Below, one piece after another: positions 12,695 through 26,985 of a stretch of 64,000 nucleotides of DNA (position 1 is the stretch's first letter; each line of letters begins with the position of its first letter). The stretch is from Eledone cirrhosa. Lineage: Eukaryota. The stretch spans positions 328,538,001-328,602,000 of the forward strand of contig OZ024740.1 in NCBI GenBank assembly GCA_964016885.1. Direction: 5' to 3'. The position numbers were made by a program, and so were the translations under genes. The notes below the pieces were generated by a model. That model was not told where the DNA came from and searched no databases. It saw only the letters and a program-made list of their open reading frames with translations.

Positions 12695-12953
12695 CTGATA
12701 ACGAATGAAATACGTGTAACGAAACGAAACATATGTGAAATCAATCTCTCTCTCTCTCTCCCTCTCACTCTTACACTCTCTCTTACTCCCCCCCCCTCTC
12801 TCTATCTCTCTCATTCATACGATCCCACCTGATACCAGGTAGTAGTCATCTTCTGCCTCTTTGTGTGGACTTAGTTTCACTTTGGAATAAGACTATCGCA
12901 TGGCGTGCGTAACATAGTTTATGCTTTCATAATTTGCAATCAAAGTAACTGAT

Positions 12954-13002
<49 letters not shown>

Positions 13003-13431
13003 CTTTCATAATCACGCATGATGTTAAACTAGCCTGCTTTTAAATTCCCTTTTTGCCATATTAATCAGTGAGACCTTGGTTACCATGTTGAGTTCTGCTG
13101 ATGAACGAAATCCAACCGTGACCATCCCCACTGAAAGTTTTCGTGAAATAGTCTTTTCAAGACTATACAGAGCATTTGAAGTTGTCCCAAATTGAAGGAT
13201 GAGTACTTTAAACTTTGTTTTATCATGAGTTAAGGCTCTATTGGTTTTTCCCTGGATTTCTCTAAATTCTGTTGGATAAATCTATATCCTGATTCCTTTT
13301 GAATTGAGTTTGAATTATTTTTCCCATATCTTATGTTAACTATTTTCCCATTTTGACGCTATAGTCACTTATATATTATGGAATACTGTTAGCTTCTCGC
13401 TACAACAATTTCTAAACTTTTCATTTATATA

Positions 13432-13519
<88 letters not shown>

Positions 13520-13572
13520 TATGCATATATAGGTATATACATGTATGATATATTATATATATATATATTTAT

Positions 13573-13613
<41 letters not shown>

Positions 13614-13706
13614 TTGAAACAGCCAGCAAAATTAGAAATAGAAGATTTCGCCGTATTTTTTACTAAAAAATACGGCGAAGCCTGATAGTGGGGTTTAGAA
13701 CCCTCT

Positions 13707-13783
<77 letters not shown>

Positions 13784-13939
13784 ACACAGCTTCAGCGTTT
13801 CCAAAGATCCGATGTGGATTCTGTTGTGATACCACTTGTCTGAGGATCAGGTAGATCTGGAATCTGGTCTGGAATATAAACCTGGATAATGAGCAGACTG
13901 TTTGTAAAGCAATTGTAACCAGGACTGCACTTTGTTCTT

Positions 13940-13993
<54 letters not shown>

Positions 13994-14019
13994 CGCGTGC
14001 GTGTGCGTGTGTGCGTGTG

Positions 14020-14054
<35 letters not shown>

Positions 14055-15347
14055 TCGTGTGTGCGTGTGTATGTGTGTGTGTGTGTGTGTGCGTGTGTGT
14101 GTGTGCGTGTGTATATTATGGAACGAAGCTTATCGAATGGAATGGACACAGCTTCAGTCGTTTCCTCACTCACTCAATAATCTAATTATGTGCGGGTTAT
14201 TATAATTTGAACCTAACCGATTAAAGTGTATACCTATACGTTTATCGGTGATAGACGAATCGTGTGGGCAGGAAATTTGAGATACCCAGACCTGTGTAGC
14301 AGTTTCTACGATTCTGTTCTGCCGGCGCTGGATCGAAAGGAACCACCTTGTGCAGAAATTAGGTAATGGTAGTATACATTACGTCATCAACAGGAGTTCG
14401 CCTCCATGGAATGGAAGGTTCGGTATTGTGGGCTAGAACATCATGTTGCTGGACACAAGTGAATGTAGTGGTAGTCCACAACATTTAGTGACGTGTCACG
14501 TCAAATCAAAGAGAAGAGAAGCCAGGTCAAACCATTTAAGGGAACATATTTGGCATCGATTGTAATTGAAAAGGAAAGACGATGCCAGAAGGACTCTACC
14601 AGGGTACCTTCACAGAAAAAAACAAAGACAAGTCATGCTTTGCTCTGTTTTTTTGTTTTTTTTCGCACCACAAAGAGACCTGTGACAGATAGGCTGAAGC
14701 ATCCCGCCCCAACACACACATTTGTGTATTTTTATATATATATATACTCTCACACAAGCACACACTCTCTAAAACCATATTCCAAAAATAGAATTTCTTT
14801 TACAACCCTACTGTTGCCAATCCTATAGATTTTGTTTCTAGTTTACAATTCCCCCTCGCCACACCCATCTGAACTCTTGACTAGTCCATTAAAACAAATG
14901 AGATACACACATATATTTACAGAATATTTCCTTTGTCCCCCCAAAAGTGTTGTTCTATGTGAAAAAGCACACCTACCACCACTGATGCTGCTATTTTATG
15001 ACTACACCTCTCTCTATATACACAAGAGTTCATTTTCCAGTCTCCTTCTTAACAAGGAAAATGAAAAACACTTACCTCAACATTGAATTTTAAATCTTTA
15101 ATTTTTAGTTTTTAATTCTTATTAATTCTCTTTAATTGTAATACTCAACATTTGATGAGCTGAATTTTACTAATACATCGAAACCGGTTATACTTTATAT
15201 ACTTTATATAGATCATAAAACTCTTTTTTAAAAGAATTGTTCCTCTCATTTTTTCGATAATGTCACTTTGACGAATCCAAGAAAGGGGAAAAAAAGAAAA
15301 ACAGATCCTAAAATATATTTTCCGTGCTATTTTCAATCTCCCCTTCT

Positions 15348-15436
<89 letters not shown>

Positions 15437-16046
15437 TACATACACATATATACATATATAGATACACACATATAATATATATATACATATATACATAGTA
15501 GTATTTTACGGGCCAATGCTTTGCTTTAAAAATATATGTTTTAAAAAATGTCTCAGAGAAAGAATAAAATATTTTTTTTAATAAATAAACAAATCAGTAA
15601 AGCATTTGGTCAAACAATTCACTAGGAAATTAATAGAAACCAAAATATATGATAGTGGTAACAGTTAGAGTCACTGGCTTACTGTATTCATTCATGCCTG
15701 CATACATACATGGACACACACAAACACGTATTTATATATATATATATATATATAAATAATTTTTAATATCAATGGGTTAGAGTCAAATAACGTTTGTACA
15801 AGTTGAAAATATGTATATAAATCTATATATACACATGTACATGTACATACATATACACAGTCCTAGATATATATGTTGATTGAATGTGAAAGACCAAAGG
15901 TCATTATTGAAAGCCTGTGGATGTGTATATTTTTTTTATTGTAGAAAGTAGGACAGTATACTATACAGTATACTATATATTCACAACTATTTAAAAATTT
16001 AATCATAACATTCTGTATTAACATTTAGTATTACTGTATATGTACA

Positions 16047-16110
<64 letters not shown>

Positions 16111-16642
16111 TATAATTACTAAAAAATACAAATTTTACCCCGCAAAAATTTGATTGCACTGTTTTGTTTTCACTTATGTACTTTTTGAAAATGTTATTTA
16201 TTCGTTGTAAAAATTAAACGATAGCATTCTATATATGCGTGGGCCCCCTATATCTCCTGGCAACCAATACTTTTAAACCCAGTCCACCACTGGATATGTA
16301 TGCTGATTATGTTTCTCAGCAAAAGGGTCAATGGACGTTTGTCCAGAGCATCAATAATTTAAATTAATAGATATATGTAGGCATTTTTATACTTTATTGA
16401 AACTTATCAAAGTATGATTTCTTCTGCTGATTAGTTTTGCGTCTTCCGTAACTCTACCAAAACCGATAGTTGGTAATCAATAATCGATTGCTTAGATTTA
16501 CGAACTATTTGCTTCGGCTTACGAACTATGAAATTGTAACCATAAAGAAAAGTAAGAACATTTCCACCTTAAAGTATGCAGTTTATCCTAAATATTATAT
16601 GCTTTGTATATATGTAGAAAATACTACATGTTCCCCCCCCCC

Positions 16643-16722
<80 letters not shown>

Positions 16723-16732
16723 ATATATAGAA

Positions 16733-16832
16733 ATGACTTCTACAGGACTAGAACTGTTTTATTCGAAGGAAATCACCAAGATTCCTGATGATTTCCTTCG
16801 AATGAAACAGTTCTAGTCTTGTAGAGGCCATT
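16733..16832. repeat. Short fold-back with degenerate hammerhead in the right arm
   Basis: gacttctacaggactagaactgttttattcgaaggaaatca mirrored by (c)tgatgatttccttcgaatGAAAcagttctagTCttgtagaggcc; between (TA)n tracts. Confidence 0.75.
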
Positions 16833-16865
<33 letters not shown>

Positions 16866-16869
<4 letters not shown>

Positions 16870-17055
16870 AGGGGGGAATTTGTATTGGTGTAAAATGTTG
16901 GTGATGTTGAACATGTTAAGGAAATGGGGAAGAAAGAATAATAAATAATATTATTCTTTCTTTCCCATTTCCTTAACATGTTCAACTACACCAACATTTT
17001 ACACCAATACAAATTCCCTCCTTTGATAATGCATAAAATGCTGAAACCGGTAATA
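16866..17055. repeat. Near-palindrome (arms about 75 bp) followed by a U3-A8 hammerhead-like motif
   Basis: ggggaatttgtattggtgtaaaatgttgg... / ...ccaacattttacaccaatacaaattccc, then TTGATAA t gca-taaaa-tgc t GAAA ccgg TA; stem I poor. Confidence 0.7.
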
Positions 17056-17380
17056 GACAATTATTAAATATATAAATAAATAAATAAATGCCATTGTTAA
17101 TTAATAAATAAATTAACTAATACCTTAACACTTCACACAAAGTAAAATATTTTGTTTTAAACATTTTCCAACCCAGAAAAAAGAGAAAAAAATAAAAGGA
17201 AAAAAAATATTTTTCTTCCTAATAATCGTCTTTTTCTCCCTATTTTCATATATATATATATATATTCCAACTCGTGTGCTCCTTCTCCACATTTTATAAT
17301 TATATATATATTTATCCTTATCGAGCCCCCTTTGGATTTTAGTTTTCAAATTTATTATTATTACTATCATATATATATAT

Positions 17381-17600
17381 ATATAAAGAAAAAGGGATGA
17401 AATCGAAAATGCAACTGAAGTCTTATTTTTTTAAAAAATATATATATTTATTTGGTAAAAACCACAGACCCTCCATCTCAACTCACCTTTTGAAAAGCAG
17501 AAGAACTGCGAAACCGGTAAAGGAACCAAATAAATATATATATTTAAAAAAAAAATAAGACTTCAGTTGCATTTTCGATTTCATCCCTTTTTCTTTATAC
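17381..17600. mobile_element. Fold-back unit (arms about 75 bp) enclosing a minimal hammerhead
   Basis: tataaagaaaaagggatgaaatcgaaaatgcaactgaagtctta...ttatttggt mirrored at 17525-17599. Confidence 0.85.
17486..17523 (+). ncRNA. Minimal type I hammerhead, U3-A8 core variant
   Basis: cctt TTGAAAA gcag-aagaa-ctgc GAAA ccgg TA aagg; all three stems pair, stem III is the palindrome ACCGGT. Confidence 0.8.
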
Positions 17601-17653
17601 TTCCACTCGTGTAGGACACCTCGGTTATTTTTCATTTTGTAAAAAAACCTCAC

Positions 17654-17792
<139 letters not shown>

Positions 17793-18890
17793 TATAAGTG
17801 TATGTATGATTTTGTGCGTGTGTCTGTGTGTAAAACATACGTTCTGTTTACATATACCACTCATATACACATACTACAATTACACATATTTAATAGTTTG
17901 TAATTATTGTTTTCGTTTCCTCACTCTACTATTCATTGAGAAATTGTTCAAGTCCATTCAATCAGGTTGCTAAAGACTTAGTTCCGCCGGATATTCAGCC
18001 TCAAGGAACGGCCACTCAAAACGACCTATTAGGAAATTGATAGTCATGATTTGTAGTTGTTATTGCTGTTCTCATTATTGTTATTGTAGTTGTTGTTCTG
18101 TAAAATGATGTGGTTGTTGTTGTTGTTTAGCCCCAAGATAATCTCAATCGAGTAAGCCTGTGATCAATTCTTTCCAGCCACGATTATTTCGTTTTTTTTA
18201 ATTATCTGCAAGGATACTTTGTCTCTGACATCATAGGGTGTCCTTTCAAGGAGATTTGATTGTTAATTTAGCAGGTCAGGTAACCACAAGATTTGTCACT
18301 GTTATTCCATGATTGTGTAAACCAATGATTAAGGTTGCTTCCAATCTTGACCATTCTATCTTTATGTCTATCTAAGACTACATTATCTAATGTGTTCTTC
18401 ATATCTTAGGATGGTGCAATTCGAGAAAATTCTATTGCTATTTTTAGCATATCAAGCGATGACGTTGGGGCTTCTTTATCCAATGTTTCCCTCTCCTTTT
18501 TGAAGACGGCTGTTAGAAATATGAGAAATATTTGACTATTGTTAATGTTGTTAATGGCGATGGTGATATTGTGGTGGTGGGAATCCAATGATCCTGTTAA
18601 GATAAAATAAGATACGTGCGCATACATATACCTATATAATAAAATACGGAAGTATACACATACATGAATATAAATTAAAAGTTCCTTTGCACATATGTAC
18701 AACACAAGTACTTATTTATATTTCCTCACACACAAACGCATACACATAATAACGTATACATAAACACACATGCTCCTGTACTTTTACACAGGAACACACA
18801 ACATAGAAAGCAGTGGCAATAAAATGGAAATTTTAAACTTCTCTTCTCACATACACTTTCCACACTTACCATACACACACATTTTGAAAC

Positions 18891-18959
<69 letters not shown>

Positions 18960-19374
18960 GTGTATGTGTGTGTCTGCGCACGTGTCTCAGTGCGTGCATG
19001 CATAGGTGTACATGTGTGTTACACTTTCAACCTGACATCCTGGTTAGATGCTTTAAAAGCAGAAGTTGAGCAAGACACCACAACAAAACGGAAGATTCTT
19101 TCCAAGAGAGCAAACATCACTCTAGAATCACTGCTATATTACATCTATTTTTCCTGATAATCCTTCAACATTTGATTGTTTTTTTCTAGTCAACTGAATA
19201 TTTTTGTTAAATTTCGGTTCAGCAGCAGCGTCAAACCTGATTCAAATTACAATCTTCAGCACTTTCACCACCACCGCCGCCACCAGCAGAAATAACAACA
19301 GTTACATAAACAGCAATAAGAAGGATCGTTTAAAGAACATCTCCATTATATATATTTATTTATATACATATATA

Positions 19375-19380
19375 TATAAA
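19375..19380 (+). promoter_or_regulatory. Candidate TATA box of the IL-17-like gene
   Basis: TATAAA about 70 nt upstream of the proposed start codon, with an Inr-like ttcaagtt about 25 nt downstream; weak because the context is AT-rich. Confidence 0.35.
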
Positions 19381-19450
19381 CAACTTATCTAAGAATAAAT
19401 TTCAAGTTGATAAACAGCTGAAAAAGAACAAAGAAGAAAAAGAAAGTGAA

Positions 19451-19474
19451 ATGGCTTTTCAAAGTATACAAAAA
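19451..19474 (+). CDS. Proposed exon 1 of the IL-17-like gene (MAFQSIQK)
   Basis: gaaATGGCTTTTCAAAGTATACAAAAA|gtaaga: good start context and a phase-0 donor compatible with the acceptor at 22360-22361. Confidence 0.55.
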
Positions 19475-20619
19475 GTAAGAATTTAAAAGTTTCTTTTTTA
19501 CTTATGTATGTGTGTATGCCGAGTAATTAAGAAGTTTGATTCACAATTTTGAGATATTAGTATGATCTCATTGTATTGCTTGAGCTAGTGTCTTTTACTT
19601 AACCTTAGACCAAGCCAAATCTTGTAAGCAAGCCCGTGCAAATAGGCTCGAATCAAATATGAAATATAGGCCCCTTTTCAAAATGCTCATTAGTAATTAA
19701 TGCTATATATGATTCATACACGGATTATAGGTATATACAAAGACATATAATGTATATTATGTACATACTAGAAACAAAACAATAAATGAACAAGAAATTG
19801 AGGCGAGTAGGCCTTTCTAAACTTGTAGTCTCATGCTAACTGGCCTACTCGACCGACTACCTCTAGTCTTGCCTGTTTGTGTTTTAAACGTGGATAGAGG
19901 AAACTATTTGTAATGGCCAGATGTATAGAATGGCTACATGTGTAATTCACAGGAACAGCCATGTCCCACACTGTGTCACGATAAAGCCAAATATTGTGAG
20001 CAATTCATTACACTATTGTGGGTTTTATTTCAGCTTTATAAGGAGGTGCAACAGTTACTGAGGACTGAAATAATTTCTGATTCTGAAGAGTAAGCTTAAT
20101 CTTTCAAATATAAATATATGAGATCATCTTGGGGCATAATAAGAGATTACGAGGAAGGACCTGATTTTGCAGATCCTTTGAAACTTTAAATGGTATTGTT
20201 CATGCCTATAGGCTTTGTACAGTAATTCGTCGAAAATATATGTAGCAATTACAAAAGAAACTTTGTTGTGGTATATCCATCAGAGAATGGTGTATCATTG
20301 CATGTTTATAACATCTTTATGCTTAAGGTTAAAGAAAAGAGAATCTGCATTGTAGACAACATATTTTGTTTCTTGTTCTGTTTGTAAAATAGATAAACGT
20401 GTTAATCGTTACTAGTGCAGCAGTTATATGTCATATTTATATTTATGAACTTTACCTATTTATTTGCTATTTTGCCTAAGTAGCAGCCACTTCTCAATAA
20501 TATTGTTAAATGGAGAAATAACCCAGAGAGGGTCAATTGATAAGCACCAAGCACTCAATTATACGAATCTTGTCACGTCAGGGTTATATAGTCCGTTGGC
20601 ACTGTCGCCAAACAATCAT

Positions 20620-20945
20620 TATATACTCTCATGCAAATCTTACCAAGTCACTCTCCGACAGGTTTCGGGTCGAGCCCATAGCAGTGGAGATTTCTGGTGT
20701 CCTTGGCTCTAGGACTACCTCCTTACTCCCCACCATCGGTACAGAGTTGACTACCCGCAGGTGCGAGCCTTGCGAGCTGGAATCGCTCTTCGAACGCGTC
20801 TCCCTCACCATTATCCGGAAAAACACCTTCTCTATTCTGTCCGCCGTGGACCCCATTTGCTCAAAATAGTGAGAGATGTGGAGAACGGAGAGATGGAGGC
20901 AGTGACAGTCGGAGTTTGGTTCCATTGTGTTCGTTCCCGGTGTAT
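20620..20945 (+). mobile_element. 3' end of a CRE-like non-LTR retrotransposon (restriction-like endonuclease C-terminus and 3' UTR), intronic
   Basis: KSLSDRFRVEPIAVEISGVLG...ESLFERVSLTIIRKNTFSIL fits the F.P.AVET.G...L.QR.S.AI.RGN..IL end of CRE-clade ORFs. Confidence 0.75.
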
Positions 20946-21904
20946 ATATGTATATATTTATTTACCACACTACATTAACTGTAATTGGATTTCTTCAATG
21001 GCCTCTTACAAACAGGAGAAAATTTTTAGGTTGTCTTTTGACAAGCATTGATTTCTTTTGACGTGGCTCAAAGCTTCAATATTTTTTCAGAAGACGAGGT
21101 AAAATACAATTCATATAATTTCCAAGGATAATAGTGACATATATGGAAAAAGCGGGTTGTATTTAGGTTTGAATCTATATTGTAGCTTGTGGAGGTTAAT
21201 TTCCTTATAACTGTACATTATAAAAGTAATCAATCATCAAATATTTAGTTCATAAACGGGTGTTATTTCTTTTTAACAAGAAAAAAAAAGACCATTGTTA
21301 TTGTTTCTGCTCCTATTTTGTTCCTTCCCACGTTAGTTCTGATTGATAAGATCTATGATCAAAAGCGTTCGAGCCATGACTATATTGTATTTTTGTATAT
21401 CGAGAAATACATTGTCGAATGAGTCCCATTTTTCAAAAATTAAGATGCTGAGATACAATTTGAGTGAGGTTATGCTGCTATTTCTAGTAAGACTAGCGAC
21501 CACGTAATGCCTCCCATCCTCATTGACTGGAAAAATGATATATATTTTCAATCTCAAAATATATCAAGAGTTTGCCTTAATTGAGAATCGAGCTTGTCAC
21601 ATGGACTACTTAGTCATACTTCTACAATAAGCACAATACATGTAAACAATTACTGCAGAATTGAAAAGAAATAAGAAATCGTGTAGGGTCAAATGCGATA
21701 ATATGAACAGTGATGATGATAAAGATGAGGATTGTGATGATGGTAGAACTGGTGATGCGAACGAGGAGGATGAAGATGGTCCTGTTGTTATTGTGTTTTT
21801 GTTTATGGTGGTGATTGTGGTGATGGTGGCAATAATAGTGTTAGATGATGGTGATGATAATGGTGGATATAATGGTAGTGATGATGGTATTCGTATTAGT
21901 GATA

Positions 21905-22319
21905 ATAATAATTGTTTCTACCTTTGGCACAGGGCTAGCAATTATCCCAGTGTATTACTGGTACTTCATTTTATCGAACCGGTAAGGATGAAAAGCAAAA
22001 TTAACCTCAGAATGTAAAGAGTTATAATTCTATGCTGCAAAGCATGGCGTCTGGCGCTCCACTGATACTGCCAATTTACCGTATTAGTGATAATAATAAT
22101 TGTTTCTACTTTAGGCACAAGGCCAGCAATTACCCAGTACATTACTGGTACTTTATTTTATCGACCCCGTAAGGATGAAAGGCAAAGTTAACCTCGGTGG
22201 GATTTGACTCAGACTGTAAAGGGACGTAACTATGCTAGAAAGCATGGCGTCCAACCCTCTACCGATACTGCCAATTCACATAATAATAATTGTTTCTACT
22301 TTTGGCACAAGGCCAGCAA
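21905..22319 (-). mobile_element. Tandem SINE array (two full copies, one partial)
   Basis: taataattgtttctac.tt.ggcaca.gg begins three times (about 21905, 22095, 22285). Confidence 0.85.
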
Positions 22320-22361
22320 ATGACAATAATACATCTAACTTATATTTTTTAATCTTTGCAG

Positions 22362-22787
22362 ATGTTTTCTCTTCTTTGCGGTATGGCTGTCATCATTACT
22401 TGGTTATTCGAGTCATCAGCAGCAGAAAGTCAGTCACCCACCATCTACAGATTTAAAGGACCTTCAGCACTCACTGAAAAAGAAACCTTATGCGATGAAT
22501 CAATTCTTAATAGATCAGTTTGTAGTACAGTCTGCGTTATTAACATCGACCCCAATCGCATTCCAGAGAAGATCGCAGAATACAACTGTTTCAAGCAATC
22601 TATTCTTCACTCATGTAATTATCCCGCTTCAACTCTGTACGGATGTGAACAAGTCAGTGCAAGCATGACAGTATTACGAGCTCTTAATTGTAGTAGAGGT
22701 ACTGATAATACTAATATTATTCAATACAGACCTGAAACATTTGTTTATAATTCCGGATGTATTTGCAGTATGTTAAACATTGGTTAA
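22362..22787 (+). CDS. Interleukin-17-like secreted cystine-knot cytokine, main exon
   Basis: Hydrophobic signal peptide, then NRSVC, IDPNRIPEKIAEYNC, CEQV...MTVLR and terminal GCIC, the IL-17 motif order. Preceded by branch point ctaac (22335) and tttttaatctttgcag. Confidence 0.88.
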   Translation: MFSLLCGMAVIITWLFESSAAESQSPTIYRFKGPSALTEKETLCDESILNRSVCSTVCVINIDPNRIPEKIAEYNCFKQSILHSCNYPASTLYGCEQVSASMTVLRALNCSRGTDNTNIIQYRPETFVYNSGCICSMLNIG

Positions 22788-23723
22788 CCCTGCTAATAGA
22801 AAACCTACTGAAGCTACTTTAGTTCTTCAAAACAAAATTGTTTATTTTAAAATGTTTATGTTTATCTTAATACATTACATCGTAATTCTATATTAGAATA
22901 TTTGTTACATTGTGCTGGGAAAAATTGCTTAATACTGAGAAAGTAAGTTTTATTACTTAACTCCTTCAAACATTTCATTGTTTTCAAAATAATTTCTATA
23001 TTAAAGGCAGTGCCTTTCATTAGAGATATGAATATGGTCAATACATATGACACATCTGTCGACTCACTGATAGGCCACCGTATTTACGAGGACAACGCAT
23101 GAACCACCAAATATAAATTCATTTAGTAGTATTACGTTACACTTCTTTATGTTCTAAGGTTAAATCGTGCCAAAATGAGAAACGATGATTTTAAAAATTA
23201 TTGTTGTTATTTTTGTTACAAAATAATACTATTTATATTAGAAATTATTGTTAAACTATAATTATAAATTTATAAACACATGCAGCTGAGAGTAGCGACT
23301 TTGCAGTGGTTAAATGAGACTAATCTAAGTATGTGGCAAAAGTCTGACCACAAGATCTTAGAAATTGAACTTGTTTTTTGCTGTGCCTGAGTAATCCTGT
23401 GCGGTGTCTATCATGCTGTATATCTTCATAATGGGTTGGCTCTACCTAATATATTACGGAGAACTTTTCTTCTCGTTACTTTTTTTTATTTTACATTTGT
23501 ATTCCTCTTTATTATCATCTCTATATATTAAAATGTATTTATTGTTATTGTTGATCACACAATTTTTTCTCGATGTAAATTCCTCAGTTTGTTTTCCAGT
23601 TTTTTTTTCTCTTCTGAGGAGTAACGGGTGATCGTCCTTTTATTGTTTTAAATATTCGGCAAATAAAAATAAATATTACTCAACTATTATCCTTTTGTTT
23701 ACTTAATGATGTTGCAAGTTTAC

Positions 23724-23832
<109 letters not shown>

Positions 23833-24099
23833 ATTATAAGTTTGAAGAAGAGTCAGACAAAATTTATCCATTCTTTTTCTTAGTCCGTAGAAATCAACTA
23901 GATACATAATCATTTAAACGGAGCTAAGTTTAAAATGTAAGTTTGAACGACTAAGAGGAAAAACTGGATGAATTTTATCTGTCTGTTCCTCATAGAGGAA
24001 TATCGATAACATTTATCTGTTATTTTTTCAAAGTTACATGATAAATTTTGTCTCACTATTCTTCAAACTTATAATTATATATATATATATATATATATA

Positions 24100-24365
24100 T
24101 ACTCGGGGAGAGTCATATTGTTGTAATAATATTGCCAGAAATAATAACAAAACAGACTCACTGTTTGGTTGGTTTTCGCTTCTGTATCTTTTATATCTCC
24201 ATAGTTAATTTATTTGGCAATCAATGTTTATTATTGATAGATCAACGGTTAAAAATATATATATAAATATATATATATAGTCTATCAAAGGTCATTCGTT
24301 GCACATCTGCAACATCGTCAGTGGTACTATTATGTTTCCTCCTGTTGTATGTCTACGCCATTTTT
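24100..24365 (-). mobile_element. Solo PLE pseudo-LTR fragment, family of 185-480
   Basis: Shares ctcactgtttggttggttttcgcttct and ttcgttgcacatctgcaacatcgtcagtggt with the 0.2-0.5 kb copy. Confidence 0.8.
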
Positions 24366-24439
24366 ATTTTTATTTCATATATATATATAGCTTAATGTGT
24401 TGTAACTTTGTTACTGTTGGTTCACCAACTTGAGCACTC

Positions 24440-26875
24440 GATGTTACTATGGTCGGTTTCCCTCATAAGCAGAGTTGAGCTCTATAGGCCACGCCAAACA
24501 CCCATAATGTGCTTCAAAGAATGCCTCAACAGCATTAAGTGCTTTATTCAACAGTGTCATTCTAGTAACATACTTTTGATGGGAGACTTTAATCTACCCT
24601 GTGTTGATTGGTCTACAAACAGTTTGAAACCATACATTCCAACCTCAACCACTGACAAAGAAGCAGTCGACTCACTTCTCGATTTTATGAATGAGTTTTT
24701 CTTGTCCCAACTTGCCCTTACACTAACAAGGCATCACAAGAACATTCTGGACCTTGTGTTTAGTAACTACACTAACACTATACATAATATTACAGTGGAA
24801 AAAAACCCTTCTCTCAGACCATGGTTCTTTGTAACCTGAGATTCCACCAGGCGAAAACTAATCCTAGGGACCTCTTTCCAGCCCACCCATTTGATAACAT
24901 GGATCTCTATAATGCCAACTAGAATGCAATGATGAACAAGCTATCACATTTTGACTGGTCTTTTACATACACACTCATTCGCACCAACATCAAAACATAT
25001 TGGCAGATCTTTGTAGACACTCCCCACCAAAACCTGTGAACAAAACTAAGTGCAGTATCCCCCCAAAAAACTATTATCAGAAAAATAAAAATAACAAACA
25101 AAAAAATTAACATTAAAATACTGCCAACAGGAACACACACATTCGACGGTTATCTTCCTGCTTGAATCAAATAAATATAACCTCCTGCATGAAGACCATC
25201 ATCAATAACCAAACAACAGCTGAAGAGAAGTGAGCCATTATGAAAATCAAACTCCACCCCAAAGTGTTCTTTTCATTTGCGAAAAAACACAAGGTCACTG
25301 TCTCCACTGTTGGCCTTCTAGTTGATGAAAATGGCACGCTCCAAGATAATGCCAAAACCATGGGCGATATACTGCAGAAATAATACTGCTCTGTTTTCAG
25401 CAATCCTGATATGGCCGATTTGGGCTTTATCAGTGATGTTAATCCCCAACACACTAGATAGGACATAACGTTTGGCACCCCTGTCTTAGCGGCAATAAAC
25501 GAAATTAAACACAATTCAGCAGTAGGTCCTGAAGGTGTGTCGACATCAACTTGCATCTCCTCTTGCTAATCTGTGGAGGAACTCACTGGATACTGGCTAT
25601 ATTCCTGAAGACTTTCTGTCCCAGTCCCTTGTCCCAGTTTTCAAAAAGGGAAACAAGTCCCTTGCTTTGAACTACCGTCCGATCTCACTCACCTCTCATA
25701 TCATCAAGGTATTTGTGAGGGTGGTGAGATCACAAATAACCCACTTTCTCGAAAGCAACGGGTTCCGTAATGGAAGGGACTGCCTAACGCAGCTCCTGAA
25801 TCACTTTGATGATGTTTTGAGAGCTTTGGGAGAGGGCTCCAACACTGATGTCATCTACCTTGATTTCAGCAAGGCCTTTGACAGGGTTGATCATAAGAAT
25901 CTCTTGAAAATTCTATCCAATATTGGTGTCTCTGGAAAGTTACTACAGTGGATCAACTGCTTCCTGACAGATAGAGCCCAATATGTTGTAGTCGAAGGAG
26001 TATAATCAAGCCAGCCAAAGTCAGAAGTGGCGTTCCACATGGCACTGTGTTGAGTCCACTTCTTTTCATCATCTACATTAATGACATTACTGACATCATC
26101 AAGCACAGCAACATAAGAATCTTCGCAGATGATTCCAAGCTCCAAAGGGTCATCAATGAGGTGGGTGACCGGACTTGCCTTCAGTCAGACCTGCTGGTTG
26201 TTATCCAATGGGCAGAAAAGAACAATATGCTGTTGAATGAAGATAACTTCGAGTTCCACTTTGGAAAAAAAGATTCCCTGAAACTCCCATACACTCTTCC
26301 TTCAGGTGAAACTCTCGTGGCATCCAACAGCATCAGAGACTTGGGAGTAATTATGGACAACAACATAAACTGGGCCACTCATATAAACAGCAAAGTTGAC
26401 ATGGTCCGCAGAATGTGTTCCTGGAATCTCAGAACCTTCCAGTCGAGAGATATCCGCACTATTATCTTTCTCTTCTCCACTTTTTCCCGATCCCACCTTG
26501 AATACTGTTATCCACTATGGTCTCCCCGCACGAAACAAAGTATCATGAAAGTTGAAGCACCCCAAATATCAATTACAAAAAAGATAGATGGCATGACAAG
26601 GCTTGGCTATTGGAGTCAATTAAAAAAGCTCAACCTTTATTCTTTTCAACGTCGCCGTGAGCACTACATTATCTGCAGGATGTGGAAAATATTCCATAAG
26701 CTTTGCCCAAATGATGTTGGCATCATAGAAACAGACCCATCAAGTTCAAGACTCTCTACTTGAGTGGGCCATGGTGGCCAAATCCTGATTGAAAGACTTC
26801 GCCAGGTGGTGCTATTAACATAGTTAGACATGGCCTGGGCCATTACTGGCCGAAATCTATCAAATTTATCAACTC
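24440..26875 (+). mobile_element. Decayed CR1-group LINE (APE endonuclease + RT + 3' end)
   Basis: LMGDFNLP, NILDLVF, NYRPISLTSH, IYLDFSKAFDRVDH, PLLFIIYIND, IFADD; several stops, frameshifts and deletions. Confidence 0.9.
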
Positions 26876-26879
26876 TTCG

Positions 26880-26985
<106 letters not shown>

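Noticed and set aside
13099-13112. ctgatgaacgaaa as a hammerhead
   Set aside because: No stem II and no pairing stems I or III.
21661-22017. Acidic ORF with a hydrophobic stretch resembling a membrane protein
   Set aside because: Derived from a decayed (GAT/GGT)n repeat running into a SINE, inside the proposed IL-17 intron.
21890-22320. Regularly spaced repeats as a CRISPR-like array
   Set aside because: Eukaryotic context; the units are whole SINE copies without unique spacers.
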